From Candidatus Multivorans sp. (GTDB lineage: Bacteria; Acidobacteriota; Thermoanaerobaculia; Multivoradales; Multivoraceae), in assembly GCA_965247095.1 (NCBI GenBank), contig OZ251997.1, positions 4,320,001-4,384,000 of the forward strand: a DNA stretch of 64,000 nt, read 5' to 3'. Positions 38,012 to 46,330 of the stretch are shown here, in pieces (the stretch's first letter is position 1; every line of letters starts with the position of its first letter). Below the pieces are notes generated by a model that was given only the letters and a program-made list of their open reading frames with translations, was not told the DNA's origin and did no database searches. The position numbers were made by a program, and so were the translations under genes.

Positions 38012-38473
38012 GTGGAGGATGGAATGGAGATGATTCTGCAGACCGCTGGCGTTGTCGTGCCGTGCTTTGCGGCGCTTGGTGGGCTGTTCGCCTGGGGCGT
38101 GCGTCGGATTGACCGACGCTTCGAGGAGGCCCGGCAGGAACGGGCGCGGATCGAGGCGAAGTTCGATGCGCGGTGCGACGGGATCGAGGCGAAGTTCGAC
38201 GCGCGGTGCGACGAGATGGAGGCGAAGTTCGACGCGCGGTGCGACGAGATGGAGGCGAAGTTCGACGCGCGGTGCGACGAGATGGAGGCGAAGTTCGAGG
38301 AGCGTTGGTCTCGGCTGGAGGAGAAGATTGACCGGTTGGGAGACCGGCTGGAGGAGCGGAGCGACCGGGTGGCCGAACAACTCTCCGGCCAGATCACGGA
38401 GTTGAACCGCGAAGTCGGCAAGCTACAGGGAATCACTGGAGTGGCGCGGATCCTGGACATCGCCTCCCCTTAA
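38012..38473 (+). CDS. TM-anchored coiled-coil protein with 11-residue repeats
   Basis: RBS GGAGGT and GTG at 38012 (alternative ATG 38024). An N-terminal TM is followed by (I/M)EAKFDARCD(G/E) repeats. Confidence 0.8.
   Translation: MEDGMEMILQTAGVVVPCFAALGGLFAWGVRRIDRRFEEARQERARIEAKFDARCDGIEAKFDARCDEMEAKFDARCDEMEAKFDARCDEMEAKFEERWSRLEEKIDRLGDRLEERSDRVAEQLSGQITELNREVGKLQGITGVARILDIASP
38150..38298 (+). repeat. 33 bp coding tandem repeat, ~4.5 copies
   Basis: AT(C/G)GAGGCGAAGTTCGA(T/C)GCGCGGTGCGACG(G/A)G units start at 38150, 38183, 38216, 38249 and 38282 (partial). Confidence 0.95.
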
Positions 38474-38535
38474 GGCGACGGGCGCTTCAAGATGACCTGC
38501 GAACCGTTTCCCGGCGGCCGTCGCGCGGTCACTGG

Positions 38536-40314
38536 ATGAGCCGGGACGCCGGCCGTACCTCGTCGGTCGCCCAGGTCGCGACGTTGGCGTGCGCCTTCGT
38601 CCTCCCTTGCGCCGCGGCCGCCGGCGAGGATTGCGGCTTCACGTTCACGGAAGTGGCGGCCGAGGCCGGTGTGCGCTTCGTCCACGAATCGGGCGCCAGC
38701 GGCGGCCTGCATCTGCCCGAGACGATGGGCGCGGGCGTCGCCTGGATCGACTATGACGGGGACGGCTGGCTTGATCTCTACCTGGTGCAGTCGGGGGCTT
38801 TCCCGCCGCAGGGCGGCGAGACGTCGGTGGACCGGCTGTTTCGTAACCTGGGGCCCGACGCTGGGGGGAAGATCCGGTTCGAGCCGGCCGATGCCGGCGG
38901 CCTTGCCCGTGGCTACGGTCAGGGAGTCGTTGCCGCCGATGTCGACGGAGACCGGGACCTCGACCTGCTGGTGTCGCACTACGGCCCCACGGTGCTTCTG
39001 CGAAACGGCGGAGACGGGTCGTTCGCCGCGGCGGAGACGCTGTTGGCAGCCCGGCCGGAGGGAGGGGCGGACGAGTTTCCCTGGGGTTCCTCGATGGCGC
39101 TGGCGGACGCGGACGGTGACGGCGACCTCGACCTCTACGTCTCCCGGTACCTCGACTACGACCCCGACCACGGCCTGGTCTGCCGGCGGGACGGTCCGGG
39201 CGCCGCGCCGGAGGTCTGCGACCCGTCGCTGTTCCGGGGCCAGCACGACCGCTACTACGTGAACCGGGGCGGCGGCGACTTCGAGGACGGGGCGGCGGAC
39301 GCCGGTCTCGACGGCGCCGACGGCAAGGGTCTCGGGGTGGTGTTCACCGACCTCGACGGGGACGGCCGGCCCGATCTCTACGTGGCCAACGATCTGACCC
39401 TGAACCTCCTGTTCCGCGGCCGGGGTGATGGCACGTTCGAGGATCAGTCCCTGGTCTCGGGCGCCGCAGTCAGTCGAAACGGCCGGCCCGAGGCGGGCAT
39501 GGGCTTGGCGGTGGCCGACTTCGATTCCGACGGCGACCCCGATCTCGCGGTGACCAACTTCGACGTGGAGACGAACACGCTCTATCGCAATGCCGGCGCC
39601 GGGTCCGGCCTTCTGTTCGAGGACACATCAGCCGTCTCCGGCTTCGGTCAGCCCTCCTTCAACCTGCTCGGCTTCGGGATCGTGGCCGAGGACTTCGACC
39701 GGGACGGCGCGCTGGACGTGTACGTCGCCAATGGCCACATCTTCACGACGCCGCGGCGCGACAACACGAGCTACCGGCAGCGAAACCTGCTGCTCCGCGG
39801 CAACGCCGCGGATACCCGGCAGAGCTTCACCGAGGCGCGCTGCGACTGGACGGATCGGGATCCGCTGGTCAGCCGTGGGGCCGCCGTCGCGGACTACGAC
39901 GGCGACGGCGACGGCGACCTAGCGGTGACCGCCAACGACGGTCCGGCGCGCCTCTGGCGCAACGACACGGGGCGCAACGACTCGGGGCGGGGCGACACGG
40001 CAGGGCCGGAAGGCGGAGGCTGGCTGGGGGTCGAGCTGCGCGGCGCCGGATCGAACACGCAGGCGGTGGGCGCCGCCGTGACGCTCGCCGGCGAGCCCGG
40101 GAAGCCGCCGGCTCGTCGCTGGGTGCTGCGCGGCGACAGCTACCAGTCGTCGAGCGGGCATCGGCTGCGCTGGGCTGTGGCGTCGTCCGACACGCGCGCG
40201 GCGGCCGGCGCCGGGGCCGTTCGCCGGCTCGACGTGCGCTGGCCCTCCGGCGCCCGCACCCGCATCGTCGATCCGCCGGCGGGCGTCTACCTGGTGGTCG
40301 GGGAACGGCGGTGA
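38536..40314 (+). CDS. CRTAC1-family FG-GAP/VCBS repeat protein with ASPIC/UnbV C-terminus
   Basis: FTEVAAEAGV, ETMGAGVAWIDYDGDG, multiple DxDGDGDxDL repeats, AVGAAV, SYQSSS and VRWPSG. Confidence 0.9.
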   Translation: MSRDAGRTSSVAQVATLACAFVLPCAAAAGEDCGFTFTEVAAEAGVRFVHESGASGGLHLPETMGAGVAWIDYDGDGWLDLYLVQSGAFPPQGGETSVDRLFRNLGPDAGGKIRFEPADAGGLARGYGQGVVAADVDGDRDLDLLVSHYGPTVLLRNGGDGSFAAAETLLAARPEGGADEFPWGSSMALADADGDGDLDLYVSRYLDYDPDHGLVCRRDGPGAAPEVCDPSLFRGQHDRYYVNRGGGDFEDGAADAGLDGADGKGLGVVFTDLDGDGRPDLYVANDLTLNLLFRGRGDGTFEDQSLVSGAAVSRNGRPEAGMGLAVADFDSDGDPDLAVTNFDVETNTLYRNAGAGSGLLFEDTSAVSGFGQPSFNLLGFGIVAEDFDRDGALDVYVANGHIFTTPRRDNTSYRQRNLLLRGNAADTRQSFTEARCDWTDRDPLVSRGAAVADYDGDGDGDLAVTANDGPARLWRNDTGRNDSGRGDTAGPEGGGWLGVELRGAGSNTQAVGAAVTLAGEPGKPPARRWVLRGDSYQSSSGHRLRWAVASSDTRAAAGAGAVRRLDVRWPSGARTRIVDPPAGVYLVVGERR

Positions 40315-41783
40315 GGCCGTCGCGGGCGCTCGCCTTCCTGCTGCTCGCCGCGGCAGCGCCGACCGCGCCCGCGACGTTGCCGGCCGAGCTTGAGCCCGCG
40401 CACTTCGAGCTGGACAACGGCATGACCTTCCTGGTCGTCGAGCGGCCGGGAAGACCCCTGGTCTCCGCCCTGTGGGCGGTGCGCGGCGGCTCGGCGTCCG
40501 ATCCGCCGGGGCAGCGGGGCCTGGCCCACGTCGTGGAGCACCTGCTGTTCGCCGGCAGCCGGACCGTCGGCACCGCGGACTGGGACGCGGAGGCGGGGCT
40601 GCTGCGGCAGTGGGAGCGTCTCTACGAGGACTCCGTCCGCCGGCGCCGCGCGGCGCCGGGTCTCGCCCGTCTCGAGGGTCGGCTGGCGACGCTGCAACGG
40701 CCGGGCGAGTACTCGGCGGTCTACACCCGTGCCGGCGCCTTCGGCCTCGACGCGGAGACCCGCCACGACTCGACCGTGTTCCAGGTGCTGGCGCCGGCGG
40801 AGAAGATCGAGCTGTGGTTCTGGATGGAGTCCGACCGGCTGCTCGAGCCCGTGTTCCGCGGCTTCGAGCGCGAGTTGCGCGTGGTCGAGCAGGAGCGTCG
40901 ACAGCGCATCGACTCGAGCCCGGCGGGGTCCTGGTTCGAGCTCTTCGACGCCGCCTTCTGGGGCGCCGGCCACCCCTACGCGCATACGCCGGGAGGGGAC
41001 CGGCTGGAGATCGCGGGTCTGCTGCCGGCAGACGCGCGGGCACACTTCGAGGCGGCCTACCGGCCGGAGCGGCTGGTTGCGGTGCTGGTCGGCGACCTGG
41101 CGCCGGAGCGCGCGCGGGAACTTGCCGAGCGCTACTTCGGCCGTCTCGAGCCTGGCAGCCGCAGCGGCAGGGGCGGCGCCGTCAAGGCCGACGACCGGTC
41201 GGATCCGCCTGCCGCGCCGGCTCTTGGATCCCTGGACGGACTCTGTGCCTGCCGCGGCCAGATCGAGATCCGTTATCCGACGGTGGCTTTTGACGCCGCC
41301 GGCGACGCGGTCGCGCTCGACGTGCTGGCGGGGGTGCTGAACGGGCGTTCGGGCCGGCTGCATCGCCGGCTCGTGCTCGCGGAGGACGCGGTGGCAACTT
41401 CGGCTTCGGCACAGCACGTGTCGCGGATGCAGGGGGGCTACTTCGCGGTGCGCCTCGAAGCTGCCGGCGATACGGGGTTGGAGGAACTGCTCCCGGCCTG
41501 GGACCGCCTGCTGGCGCAGGCCCGGGCGGACGGAGTCCAGAGCAGCGAACTGGAGCGGGTTCGGCGCCAACTGGCCACCGACTCCTTCCGGCAGATCGAA
41601 ACCGACGCCGGACTCGCGCACCGCCTGGCGGCGGCCGAGGTGCTGGGCGGCTGGCGGCAACTGGAAGGGTGGTTCGAGGCGGCGGCCGCCGTTCGCGCGG
41701 CTGACCTGGAGCGGGTCATCGACGCCTTTCTCGTGGCCGAGAAACGAGCGGTCCTGTCGCTCGAGCGGACCGGGGAGGGCTGA
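40311..41783 (+). CDS. M16 zinc peptidase, catalytic subunit
   Basis: LDNGMTFLV and GLAHVVEHLLF (HxxEH), with a signal peptide. Confidence 0.88.
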   Translation: MRPSRALAFLLLAAAAPTAPATLPAELEPAHFELDNGMTFLVVERPGRPLVSALWAVRGGSASDPPGQRGLAHVVEHLLFAGSRTVGTADWDAEAGLLRQWERLYEDSVRRRRAAPGLARLEGRLATLQRPGEYSAVYTRAGAFGLDAETRHDSTVFQVLAPAEKIELWFWMESDRLLEPVFRGFERELRVVEQERRQRIDSSPAGSWFELFDAAFWGAGHPYAHTPGGDRLEIAGLLPADARAHFEAAYRPERLVAVLVGDLAPERARELAERYFGRLEPGSRSGRGGAVKADDRSDPPAAPALGSLDGLCACRGQIEIRYPTVAFDAAGDAVALDVLAGVLNGRSGRLHRRLVLAEDAVATSASAQHVSRMQGGYFAVRLEAAGDTGLEELLPAWDRLLAQARADGVQSSELERVRRQLATDSFRQIETDAGLAHRLAAAEVLGGWRQLEGWFEAAAAVRAADLERVIDAFLVAEKRAVLSLERTGEG

Positions 41784-41794
41784 GGGTTGCCGGC

Positions 41795-41871
41795 AGCTTG
41801 CGCGGCGGAACGGTACGCGACTCCGGTCCTGGGAACGCGGGCATCCTGCCCGCATCCGGCGCTGGCGCCGG
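41795..41871. repeat. REP/MITE-like element, copy C (short, degenerate)
   Basis: AGCTTGCGCGGCGGAAC...CCTGGGAACGCGGGCATCCTGCCCGCATCCGGCGC-TG-GCGCCGG. Confidence 0.8.
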
Positions 41872-43397
41872 TGCTCCGTCTGTTCGTCCTGTTCGGTCTG
41901 GCCGCGACGGGAGCAGCAGGAGTTGCCCAGATTCCGCCGCGCCCGGAAGCCCTGCGCTTTGAGCCGTCGTCCTTCGCAGCGCCGGATCCCGCCGGAACGC
42001 GCTTCGAACTGGCCAACGGGCTGCCGGTCTACGTCGTGCCGGATCGCAGCCTGCCCCTGGTCGATGTCGTGCTGGCGGTTCCGGTCGGCGATCTGGACGA
42101 GCAGTCGACGGAGGCGGGACTGGCCTCGATGACCGCGGCCATGCTGCGGCGCGGCGGCGCCGGCGACCTCGATCCGGACCGCCTGGACGACGAGATCGAC
42201 GCCCTGGGCGCCCGGATCCAGACGGTGGGCGCCTCGGCGCGGAGCGTGATCGCTCTCGACTGCGGCTCGGAGGCCTTGGGTCGCGGTCTCGAACTGCTTG
42301 CTGCCATCGTGCTCGAACCGCGCTTCGACGAGGAGCGCCTGGCCCAGGCGAAGGGCAACCTCGAGGTCAGCCTCGCCGCCCAGGACGACGACCCGCGGCG
42401 GCTGCTCGAACGGGAGTGGCTGCGGCTCGTGCACGGAGGCAGTGCGCCCCGCGGACGGCGGCTGACTCCCGAGGCGGTGGCCGCCTTCACGCCCGCGGCG
42501 CTCGCCGATTTCCATCGCCGCCACTACCGGCCCGAGGGCGCGGTGTTCGCCGTCTCGGGCGACGTGGATTCGGAAGCCGTAGTCGCGCGCCTGGATGTGC
42601 TGTTCGGCGACTGGACGGCGCCCGACGAAGGCGACCGCCCGGCGGCCGGTCCAAGCGCCGGCGGACCGGAGGCGGACCAGGTGGGCAAGGTGCGCGAGGC
42701 GCGAACGGGGGATTCGGCAGCCGCGGCCGCGATGCCGGGTTGGTGGCATGTGGATCGCCCGGGCGCCCAGGCCGCGATCGCCATCGGTCACCGGGGAGCG
42801 GTCTTCGATTCGTGGGACAGCCGCGACCGCTGGGCTCTGCTGCTCCTGACCGAGATCCTCGACGGCCCCGGCGCCGTGTCGCGCCTGCGGTCCCGTCTGC
42901 AGCTCGGTGACGGCCTGGTCTACCGCGTGCTGACAACCTTCGACATCGATCCCCTGCGGACCGGCTGGGGGCCGGAGCACGCGGGCGAGTTCCGTGTCCT
43001 CCTGGAGACCGCGCCCGAGTCGGCCGCCAAGGCTGCCGGCGCCGTGCTGCAGGAATTGCGGCGGCTGCAGCGGGACGTTGTGCCGGCCGGCGAACTCGAG
43101 ACCGCGAAGCAATCCCTGCTGGCCCGGTTCCCGCTGCTCTTCGACCGTGCCGAGGCGATTGCCGGCATGTACGCCGAGGACGAGTTGCTGGGCCGCCCCC
43201 ACGAGTACTGGTCTCGCTACCGGCAGCGTCTGCAGGCCGTGACCGTGGCCGACATCCGTCGCGCGGCGGAGCGCTTCCTCGACCCGGGCGGTGTGGTGCT
43301 GCTGGTGGTCGGGGATTGGGAGGCGGTGCGGGGTGGCGGAGGTTTCGCTGAGCTACGGCGCGCGGTTGGACAGCCGCGGGCCCTCGGGGAACAGTGA
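41871..43397 (+). CDS. M16 peptidase, non-catalytic subunit
   Basis: FELANGLPV, GLASMTAAMLRRG with no HxxEH, and GLVY. The likely start is GTG 41871, before the signal peptide and after repeat C. Confidence 0.85.
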   Translation: MLRLFVLFGLAATGAAGVAQIPPRPEALRFEPSSFAAPDPAGTRFELANGLPVYVVPDRSLPLVDVVLAVPVGDLDEQSTEAGLASMTAAMLRRGGAGDLDPDRLDDEIDALGARIQTVGASARSVIALDCGSEALGRGLELLAAIVLEPRFDEERLAQAKGNLEVSLAAQDDDPRRLLEREWLRLVHGGSAPRGRRLTPEAVAAFTPAALADFHRRHYRPEGAVFAVSGDVDSEAVVARLDVLFGDWTAPDEGDRPAAGPSAGGPEADQVGKVREARTGDSAAAAAMPGWWHVDRPGAQAAIAIGHRGAVFDSWDSRDRWALLLLTEILDGPGAVSRLRSRLQLGDGLVYRVLTTFDIDPLRTGWGPEHAGEFRVLLETAPESAAKAAGAVLQELRRLQRDVVPAGELETAKQSLLARFPLLFDRAEAIAGMYAEDELLGRPHEYWSRYRQRLQAVTVADIRRAAERFLDPGGVVLLVVGDWEAVRGGGGFAELRRAVGQPRALGEQ

Positions 43398-43478
43398 TTC
43401 AGCCCAAATGGTGGTGGAGTCGGACACTGTCTTGGCACTAACATAGTGAGTTCACCCATCGTTCGAGGAGGAGGGGTC

Positions 43479-46229
43479 TTGGAGGGTAAGAGCGTTTGTG
43501 ACACGAGGCTCAGTGGCGCCGCGTTCAGTTGGTGCGGTCCGTTGGTCTACTCGCTGCTCCTGCTCGTAGCGACATCGGCAGCGGGCCAGAGGTTCGTGAG
43601 TCTGGAGACACGGGAAGACAACCGGAGCGCGTCAGCGCGCGCTGCCGGGCGGACAATCGTCGTCGATCGGGACCTGGTGCGCTCCGGGCCGCAGCGCCTC
43701 GAGTTGGAGACGCCGGACGGTCGGGTGCTGGCGGCCGAACGGAGCGTGTTCGAGGATCGGGGCGACGGCAACGTGATGTGGTCGGGCCGCTTTCCCGGCG
43801 CCGGCTACGACAGTGTCGTGCTGACGGTGCAGGACGGGCATCTTCAGGGAATGTTCGGCGAGCCGGGCCGCGCGGCTTACTGGATTCGCTCCGGTAGCGA
43901 TGGAGTGGGGCGGCTGGATCAGCCGGTCGGCACTGCGCTTGGGGACTCCGTCGACCTTTGCGCCGGCGGCATGGCGCCGGCGGCAATCGAACCCCTCGCT
44001 GCCGCCGTCGAGGCGCAGCGCGCCGACCCACCGGTCGGCGTGCCGGGCGCGTCGAATCACGACCGGCTCGACGTCCTGGTCCTCTACACCGTTGGCGCGG
44101 CGGAGGTGTGGGAGGCGTTCGACTACGGCACACCTCGATCGTCGGTCCAGGCCGCCATGGACTACATGGGTCTGGTGTTCCGCAACAACGAGTTGCCGGC
44201 CACTCCGCACCTCGTCCACTTGGCCGAAGCGCCGGCGGCCATGGACGGGCCTCTGGTTGTCTTGCAGCGGCTCACGTACACCAAGGAGATCGTGGAGCTT
44301 CAGGCCAAGTATCAGGCGGACATGGTCCATCTGTTCACCGGTGAAGCCGGCTCGACCCTCGGATACTGCGGCATCGCATGGCTATTGACACGCTCGGGGG
44401 AGAGGAACGGGTTCTCGATTCCCTACGGTGTGACCAGCGCGACGTGCAGCTTTCCGGCTCAGGAGGGGCGCTATCCCTACTTCGGTCAGGTCTTCGCCCA
44501 TGAGGTCGGTCACAACCTGGGCGCCAATCACGATCCCGCAAACACCGGGATCAGCGAGGATCAGGCGTTCAGGCCGTGGGCCTTCGGGCACTACGACATC
44601 ACGAGCAACCCGACGGTCGAGACGATCATGAGCTATCGAAGCTACTCTCCGCGCCAGTGGGTTCCGTTCTTCTCTTCGGTTCGGATCTCACCGAACGGTT
44701 GGACGATCGGATCTGAGGGCAAGAGGGAGAACGAGCGCGCCCTCTACGACAGCGTTCCCATTGCTCTTGAGTACAGCAACTCGATACAGGATCCGGCTGG
44801 CGTTTCGGACTTCTACACGCCGCCACCCGAAGCGCCGACCGGGTTGAAGGTGGCGCCGACGAGCAGCACTGGCGCCCGGCTGGAATGGCTGGACCGGTCG
44901 GACGACGAGCTCGGCTTCCGAATCCATGCCAGGGCCGGTGCGGGCATGTGGAGTATCGTCGATACGGCGGCGGCCGACCGCGAGTCCATCGAGGTCACCG
45001 GTCTGAAGCAGGAAGGCCGGTACACGTTCCGCGTAAGGGCGTACCACGACCGAGGCGCCGCGGATAGCGACAACGTGACGGTGACGCTGAAGAACACGGA
45101 CGGCCCCGGTCCCGGACCGGGAGGGATCAGCGTTCCGGACGATCTCACCGCGTCGGCGCTCGGCTTGACATCCGTCGAGTTGACCTGGGCGGGCGTGACG
45201 AAGGGGACGGTCGAGATCGAGGCGCGGACCTGGAAGGCGGGCTGGACGCAAGTGACGACCGCCGATGCCGCGGCCGGCCGGGCGACCGTGGCGAGCCTCG
45301 AGGCCGAGGCGCCCTACACGTTCCGGCTGCGGACCCTGGCCGCCGGTGGCAAGACATCCGCGTGGTCCGAAGAAGTCAGCGCGACGACCGGCGACGCGTC
45401 CGGGGCCTGCCGTACGGGCGGGCAGTACCTCTGTCTGTCGGCGGGCCGCTTTGAGATCCAGACGCACTGGAAGAACCACCTCGAGGAGGGAGTCTTCGGC
45501 GCGGCGACGGCAGTCCCGATCGACGTGTCGGACGAGTCGGGGATGTTCTGGTTCTTCAGCAGCACGAACATCGAGCTGGTGGTCAAGACACTGGATGGCC
45601 GGCAGATCAACGGCCACTACTGGGTGTTCTTCGGCGCGCTCTCCAACGTGGAGTACTGGGTCACTGTGCGTGACACGCTGGGGGGCGGCCGCCGGACGTA
45701 CCACAACCCGCCCGCGGAGAACTGCGGGCAGTCGGACACGATGGCGTTCGTCCCTGTGGGTGCGTCGTCGGCCTCGGCTGCGGGCGGCAGGAACCTGGCT
45801 CCGGGCTTCGACCTGGCGCCTGTGTCGTTGGCCTCGATCGACTTGCCGGACATCGGCCTGGGACAGGAGAGCGGGGGGACCTGCGAAGGAGACGAGACCC
45901 GCCTCTGCCTGCATGACGGCCGGTTCTCGGTCGAGGTGGAGCTCGTCGATCCGGGGGACATGGAGCGGAAGGCCGGCAAGGTCGTAACCTCGGTGGGGAC
46001 GAAGGAAACCGGGTTCTTCTGGTTCTTCAGTCCGACCAACGTGGAGTTGGCGGCGAAGGTGCTGGACGGCCGCGCGCTGAACGGGAAGTTCTGGTTCCTC
46101 TATGGCGGCCTGTCCGACGTCGAGTACACGGTCACGTTGACCGACACGGTAACGGGCGAGTCGAAGCCGTACCGCAACGAGGCGGGCAGTTTGTGCGGCG
46201 GCATCGACATCGAGGCTCTGCCACGGTAG
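43479..46229 (+). CDS. Secreted M12 (reprolysin-like) metalloprotease with 2 FN3 domains and 2 C-terminal repeat domains
   Basis: HEVGHNLGANH with Met-turn TIMSY, FN3-type WLDRSDDELGF and YTFRVRA, and two FWFF..N.E..K.LDG..NG..W domains. TTG start after GGAGGAGG. Confidence 0.88.
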   Translation: MEGKSVCDTRLSGAAFSWCGPLVYSLLLLVATSAAGQRFVSLETREDNRSASARAAGRTIVVDRDLVRSGPQRLELETPDGRVLAAERSVFEDRGDGNVMWSGRFPGAGYDSVVLTVQDGHLQGMFGEPGRAAYWIRSGSDGVGRLDQPVGTALGDSVDLCAGGMAPAAIEPLAAAVEAQRADPPVGVPGASNHDRLDVLVLYTVGAAEVWEAFDYGTPRSSVQAAMDYMGLVFRNNELPATPHLVHLAEAPAAMDGPLVVLQRLTYTKEIVELQAKYQADMVHLFTGEAGSTLGYCGIAWLLTRSGERNGFSIPYGVTSATCSFPAQEGRYPYFGQVFAHEVGHNLGANHDPANTGISEDQAFRPWAFGHYDITSNPTVETIMSYRSYSPRQWVPFFSSVRISPNGWTIGSEGKRENERALYDSVPIALEYSNSIQDPAGVSDFYTPPPEAPTGLKVAPTSSTGARLEWLDRSDDELGFRIHARAGAGMWSIVDTAAADRESIEVTGLKQEGRYTFRVRAYHDRGAADSDNVTVTLKNTDGPGPGPGGISVPDDLTASALGLTSVELTWAGVTKGTVEIEARTWKAGWTQVTTADAAAGRATVASLEAEAPYTFRLRTLAAGGKTSAWSEEVSATTGDASGACRTGGQYLCLSAGRFEIQTHWKNHLEEGVFGAATAVPIDVSDESGMFWFFSSTNIELVVKTLDGRQINGHYWVFFGALSNVEYWVTVRDTLGGGRRTYHNPPAENCGQSDTMAFVPVGASSASAAGGRNLAPGFDLAPVSLASIDLPDIGLGQESGGTCEGDETRLCLHDGRFSVEVELVDPGDMERKAGKVVTSVGTKETGFFWFFSPTNVELAAKVLDGRALNGKFWFLYGGLSDVEYTVTLTDTVTGESKPYRNEAGSLCGGIDIEALPR

Positions 46230-46330
46230 CAGCGTGCGCGGCAGGAAGAATCGGCGTACCCAATGTTCTGCGGCGCACGCTCCTGGGTGTTGTGTCTCCG
46301 AATGACGAGCGACGTCTATACTGATTCGTC

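Noticed and set aside
38150-38298. 33 bp repeats as a CRISPR array
   Set aside because: The units are contiguous with no spacers, lie in frame within a CDS, and no cas genes are present.
40287-43202. 971 aa antisense ORF, and similar long ORFs at 32150-34648 and 51893-54568
   Set aside because: They have no motifs and mirror well-supported sense genes, as expected from GC3 bias.
43433-43447. TGGCAC-TAACA-TAGT as a sigma54 promoter
   Set aside because: It has GT instead of the near-invariant GC at -12. TAACAT fits a sigma70 -10 box equally well.
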